From Podarcis muralis (lineage: Eukaryota), in the NCBI RefSeq assembly GCF_964188315.1, contig NC_135661.1, forward strand, positions 45,632,001 to 45,696,000: 64,000 bases of DNA, in the 5' to 3' direction. Of this stretch, positions 59,201 through 64,000 are shown one piece after another. The position numbers and the translations under genes are program-made. Numbering within the stretch: position 1 is the first letter of the stretch; each line of letters starts with the position of its first letter. The notes beneath the pieces were generated by a model. It did not search any database. It saw nothing but the letters and a program-made list of their open reading frames with translations, and was not told the DNA's origin.

Positions 59201-62091
59201 GCCATGTGCAACAAGGGTGGAGAACTGGATGTGGTCAGTAGATTGGCCTCACCTCCCCCTGTCACAGGCCACTTTTGCAAGGTGGGTGGAGCTCCTCACC
59301 TTTCAATCAGCTGATGCCACAAGTCTCTCTTTGGGGGCATGCAGTGCATATTAAAGAAAACCCCAACGTAATGCTGTATCGGAGCGGGCAATGAAATGGG
59401 ATTTCTAAAATACCGGTAGGCAGGGTTGTGGGCAGGATATTTATGTTGGTTTTTGTTCTTTTTTCATGTTTGTGGCTTCCTACAAGGAATCCTAGGATCT
59501 TTAGTTGTGTGGGAATGAGTGTTTCCAGACATTGCTAGCTACTCTCAGAACTACAGTTCCCATGATTCTTTGAGGCCTGGTTCACAGACAACGCTCAACT
59601 GTAGCTTTTTGGAGTGGTTGCGAAGGGCAAATGGGAAGCATCAGTTTTCTGGCTGAAGCTAACTTTCAGTTGCTGCGTCCAGCAAGGACAAACTGTGGCT
59701 GGTTTAAAATATTGTTTATTTAAATGAGCAAAGCTAAAGCCCTAGCTTCTGATCCTGGCTTGTACTGTACAAATAAAACCATAGCTTAAATTAACATTTG
59801 TTCCTGGGTTGTAAGTAGCAACATACTCTGGACAAGTAAGACCTGGTGCTTCTGAGCCCCTCTTCCTGGTGTGTGTTGCAGGAGATCATGAGCCTGAGGC
59901 TGGAGCAGATGGATTTGCATAGGCAGCCCTTTAGCATTGCTTCCAAACTGAGCCCTCCTTAAGCCCACAGTGTAGATGTACCATCAAGTTTCACAACCAT
60001 CTATAGCGGAACTGTCTAGCAACAGTGGGCTTCCACCAAATATTATGGCAGGTGTTGGTAGTGTGTGTGTGTGGGGGGGGGACTCTGCTTGTGAACAGAG
60101 GCTATCAAACAGGGGAGAGCACCCTGTATAGGTTACTGCACTTTGGACATTACTGGAGCAGCATGGAAACCAGAGCCGTCTCTTCTGTTTTTCAGTACCG
60201 GAACTTCCCAAAGAGCTTTCGGAGATGTTTGATCCAACAAGAGGTGCGTTGCTTCAGCAGAACCATATTTGTTTCACTTTTCTGGGGCAACGTGAGGGGC
60301 CTTTGAACCTGCTTGATCTCGCATTTTCTCCCATGTTTTCAGAGGCCCTTACTATACTCAGTTTGGAGAAAGCAAATATCATGGCACAGTGGCCCTCTGC
60401 TGGATACATGTGAGATAACAGCTAGCTCAGGGATATTCATGCTGTGGTAGTGACACTGCCCTTGCTGTGAAACTAGGGTGCCTGTGGCTATTGCTTTATC
60501 TTGTACAGCATTACTTGCTGCAGCGCAAGCTGGCATCTGTTCATAAGCAGTTCCTTTAGGCCTCATTGATCTGTTTGGGTCATCTGGAATATAACATTTC
60601 TCCCTGGGCATCCAACACTTACCCCAAGAATAATGGGAATTGTAGATCTGTAGGGGTGAACTATAGTTCCCATGGTTCTTTGGGGGAAAGTCATGTGTTG
60701 AATGTATTATAAATACACAGTTGGGGTGTGCAACTGACTGCTTCTTTTTACAGTTAACATCCAGGTAGTTAACATCCATCAAAGGCAAAGCTGGCTTCTT
60801 TATCATGGGAGTGTATTCGAAACTAACATACCTGAGCCTTTGTTTGAAATGATACAGAATATTCTACTGTAGAATCCCAAAGCAGAGTGTGTGGTTGTAA
60901 TGCAACTCTTTCTTCACACAGAATGCATGAATTCTGAGCTGCTCGAAGAACTAATGTCATCTGATGGTAAGGATTAAGCCTTTTGCTATTTCCCAGTTTT
61001 GGGGTGGAGATGGGTTTGGGTAAGGCTAGAAAGTTAGGGTATAGGAAATTGAGTTGGTCCAGTTGAACTGTAAGCAAATGGTAAAGCTCAGCTGAACTGT
61101 AATCAACTGAGTAGGCTAATGCACACTGGTCTCAAACTAACACAGGTGTGGGTCTGTTTACAAGCAGGACATCATTTGGACCCCTTGTACTCCTGATGTT
61201 GCTGAATTACAACTCCCATCATCACTGGCCATTGGCCATGCTTACTGGGGCTGATGGGAGTTGTAGTACAACAACATCTAGAGGGCCAAAGGTTCTCCGT
61301 ATCTGGACTAACTGGTTAGGATCCACAAGCTAAGTGGTTGGGATCCACAAGAAGTGACCTAAAGTTGCACTTCTTATTTTTGTTTTAACTGTCCCCTCCA
61401 CCCGCCACAAAACATAAAGCATATGTTTATCTTTGCTGCCCCCTTTTTTAAAAATAACAACAACAACACACATGTTGGTTCTGTAGTAGTTTAATTGCCA
61501 TGGTTGTTCCTACACCCCCCAAAATCCGGGGATTGATGGTTGAAGATACTAAGCACTTCCTGTTGTGGGTCCTTAACCCCACCAGTTGCTCTTCTTTCCT
61601 CACCCTGCAGCTACACTTCCTCAGAGAGAAGGAGTAAATGTGGCATTGGTATATCTGCAGTTTTTGTGTGTGTCCTAAAAGAGGCATAGAAGAGCAAAGG
61701 AGCTTATAGGTTCTAAAGTTAAAGCAGGGTCCCATGTTTCAAGGTTGGGTTTAATGGTGAGTCCTGAGGGTCATGCTACAAGTTGACATGGGCAATCTGT
61801 TCCTTGGGTCTTCTAAGGTCTTCTACTTTTGGTAAAGCATGCAGGGCAGGGAGGCATGTGGGTTGGGTGTTGCAGCATGTGGGAGGGGCCTTACCCTGGT
61901 TTTTGTTGCCAAAGGGCCAGCATACAGGCACAGTGAGCCAGACACAGCCTGACTCCACTCCTTTCCCTTCAACAGTATTTGCTCCTTTGCTCCGTCTCTC
62001 CCCGCCTCCTGGTGACCACGACTACATCTACAACCTGGATGAGAGCGAAGGGGTGTGCGACCTTTTCGATGTGCCTATCCTCAACCTCTGA
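47540..62091 (+). CDS. E2F4: Transcription factor E2F4, 10 coding exons, 1197 nt, 398 aa
   Basis: Exons: 47540-47668, 51643-51752, 52808-52969, 54247-54290, 55105-55166, 55725-56013, 58815-59006, 60196-60243, 60922-60966, 61976-62091. Peptides [89 protein letters not shown], and the pocket-protein-binding [23 protein letters not shown]. Confidence 0.97.
52970..54246 (+). other. E2F4: U12-type (minor spliceosome) AT-AC intron 3 of E2F4
   Basis: 5' site ATATCCTT at 52970; branch-like TTTTCCCCTTAAC ending at 54237, a few nt before a terminal AC at 54245-54246; joining CG|G restores frame ([17 protein letters not shown]). Confidence 0.92.
53247..53300. repeat. (CT)n followed by (CG)n microsatellite
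   Basis: Direct reading. Confidence 0.95.
57766..58479 (-). mobile_element. Probable solo LTR in E2F4 intron 6, antisense
   Basis: Ends TGTAAGAATT ... AATTCTTACCACA (TG..CA with short inverted repeat); on minus strand TATAAAA at 57980-57974 followed by AGTAAA at 57880-57875, the U3-R-U5 order. No clear TSD found. Confidence 0.55.
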
Positions 62092-64000
62092 CTCCTGGCA
62101 TATGGATGGACTTTAGGATACATGTTTTTTAAAAAACAAACAAACCAGTCCTTGGAAAAACCTGGTGTTTTTTTGGATTCCTTTTCTGCTCTAGTGCTTG
62201 AGTGACACACTTGGCTGCTCTGGTCTTGACTGAAGATCAACAGGGATGGACTTGCGGACCAAGCAGCAGCAGGAGCAGCAGCTCCCTTTCCTGGCTTCTT
62301 TTCTTCCTTTCCTATGTTGCACAAGGCAGTCCCCTGGTTTCCCTCTTGCTCCATTTTTGGCTGTCCTTTCACTAGATCTGAGGCCTCCTTCCCAGCGGCC
62401 TGCGGTCAATTCTTCCTGAACAGCAGAAGAGCTTCCTTGGGTCTGCAAGCCTGGCTTGGCTCCCCTACACTCCTGGTGGCACTTTCTGGAGAGAATAGGA
62501 GGGCTGAACAACAGGGGCAGGGAAGGCTCATGCTGTCTTGTCTTTATAGCTTGTCTCTATGTATTTCAGAGGTGCTCATTTCCTTTTCTCTCTCTGGCAA
62601 CTACACACTTTGACACAAGGAACGAGGGGGAGAGGGGGAAGCGACGCCTCGTCAACCCTGCCTTGGATCCATTTTATGTATGGAAGGTGCTCAGAAACTT
62701 CTTCCCGAGTTTCAGCTGCTTCTGTTTCACTTTGAGAGCACGACGATCACTCGGTCTTGCAAGCCGAAACATGTCCAGTTCTTCTCCTTTAGCCGTGTAG
62801 AGGTGCCAGTTTTGCACAGTCACTTTTCCTCCAAAGAGTCAGGATGGAGAAACAAATTGCCCCCTCCCCAACAGCCAAGTTGTTTAGGGATGGGGAAGCT
62901 TGGCTGGGATTGCCTGCAATGCAAGGCCCTGAGCTCGACAGTGAGAGCCCAAGAGGAGGGGCTTGGATTGAGGGAAGGGGCCAAGTCTGGGTGATTTATT
63001 TCCATATCCTCGGTCAATGCTGAAGGTGGGCTTTTTTTGAGTGCATTCGAGCTACTGCATTTTTCCCTTTCCAAATTGCTGCTTTCATTTGGATGCCCAT
63101 CCGTGCAGCTTATCTTCTCTCCCAGAGTCTGTATGCGACACATCTTCCCCACCTTCCAACACTGAGTATTGCTCACCTCCCCACCTGCACCCGTGAACCT
63201 CCTCCTATGACTCCTTTGCACTTCTCGACCTCTTTCCCGTAACCGCAGTGTTGCTCTCCAGTCTGCAGTTGTGCTTTCACCAGATGCCAGCCCCTAACTC
63301 ACGCTCCCTGGCCCGTAACCTTTGCACAGTTCTTGGCCGCAGGCACTGAATATGAAGGTGGTGCTGCCTTGCACCCTAACCTTAAAAACTGCTGCTTGGG
63401 TGAAGAGTTTGATTTCAGTGGGATTTAGACCTGCAGCCCTAAGCACACTCACCACTAAGCCGCCCATATTAAATCAGGGAATGTTTGTGTTGTCATGTGG
63501 TAGCTTTTGGCCAGCAAGAGCTAGTTTAAGCTGGCTGCCCTGTCCTGCTTCCTAAGAGTGGCCACAAGGGTGTAAGTTGTGCAGCCGATACTTCCCTCTG
63601 TATGGAATATACAGCCCTACAATTCCTCGGCATCCTTTCCAGAGTGGGAACTTGTTAATACTCTGCTTCCAGATGCTTAGTGTTTAGAGAAGCCTCTGGT
63701 GTCCTGTTTAGCAGGGATGGGCAACGTGGTGTCCTCCAGATGTTGTACTCCAACTCCCATCAGCCCCAGCCCACATGGTCAGGGAGCTTTGGGAGTTCTA
63801 GTCTAGCCACACCTGGAGGGCTACCCATGTGCTTAGGCACCTGTGAGGACACCTTCCTGGCCTGCATGTGTCTGTTTCCAGAGCAGTTCCTGCATTGCAC
63901 AGATGCTCTAGGAAGCCCAGAGGTGTGTCCCATTTCTTCCTCCCCAATAGGCTCAGGGGCTTCTCTGTGTCTTTGGGAGGGATCTGTTTAGCAGCTGAAC

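Noticed and set aside
59882-60050. Exon-like segment in E2F4 intron 7 (ttgcag|GAGATCATG...GCAG|gt)
   Set aside because: All three frames hit stops and the canonical exon 7 to exon 8 join is already in frame; a poison exon cannot be supported without RNA data.

Overview
Eukaryotic (squamate reptile; repeat content is lizard-like) genomic window with spliced genes and many transposon relics. Left to right: last intron and terminal exon of PSKH1 (+); an unannotated-looking, decayed chymotrypsin-like CTRL pseudogene (-, ~15.4-16.4 kb, tail-to-tail with PSKH1); a tandem cluster of three intact single-exon leukotriene-B4-receptor-like GPCRs (+) with an HRF in place of the DRY motif, plus a relic of a fourth copy; a complete 13-coding-exon EXOC3L1 (-, 764 aa); a CpG island; and a complete 10-exon E2F4 (+, 398 aa) with an AT-AC (U12) intron. 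Mobile DNA includes CR1 and L2 LINE fragments, SINEs, hAT and Tc1/mariner MITEs, a probable solo LTR, and Penelope-like fragments, one of which keeps a near-complete minimal hammerhead ribozyme core. Exon boundaries were read by hand from splice sites and frame continuity; family assignments rest on recalled human protein sequences, not on database searches. Most short ORFs in the supplied track are spurious.
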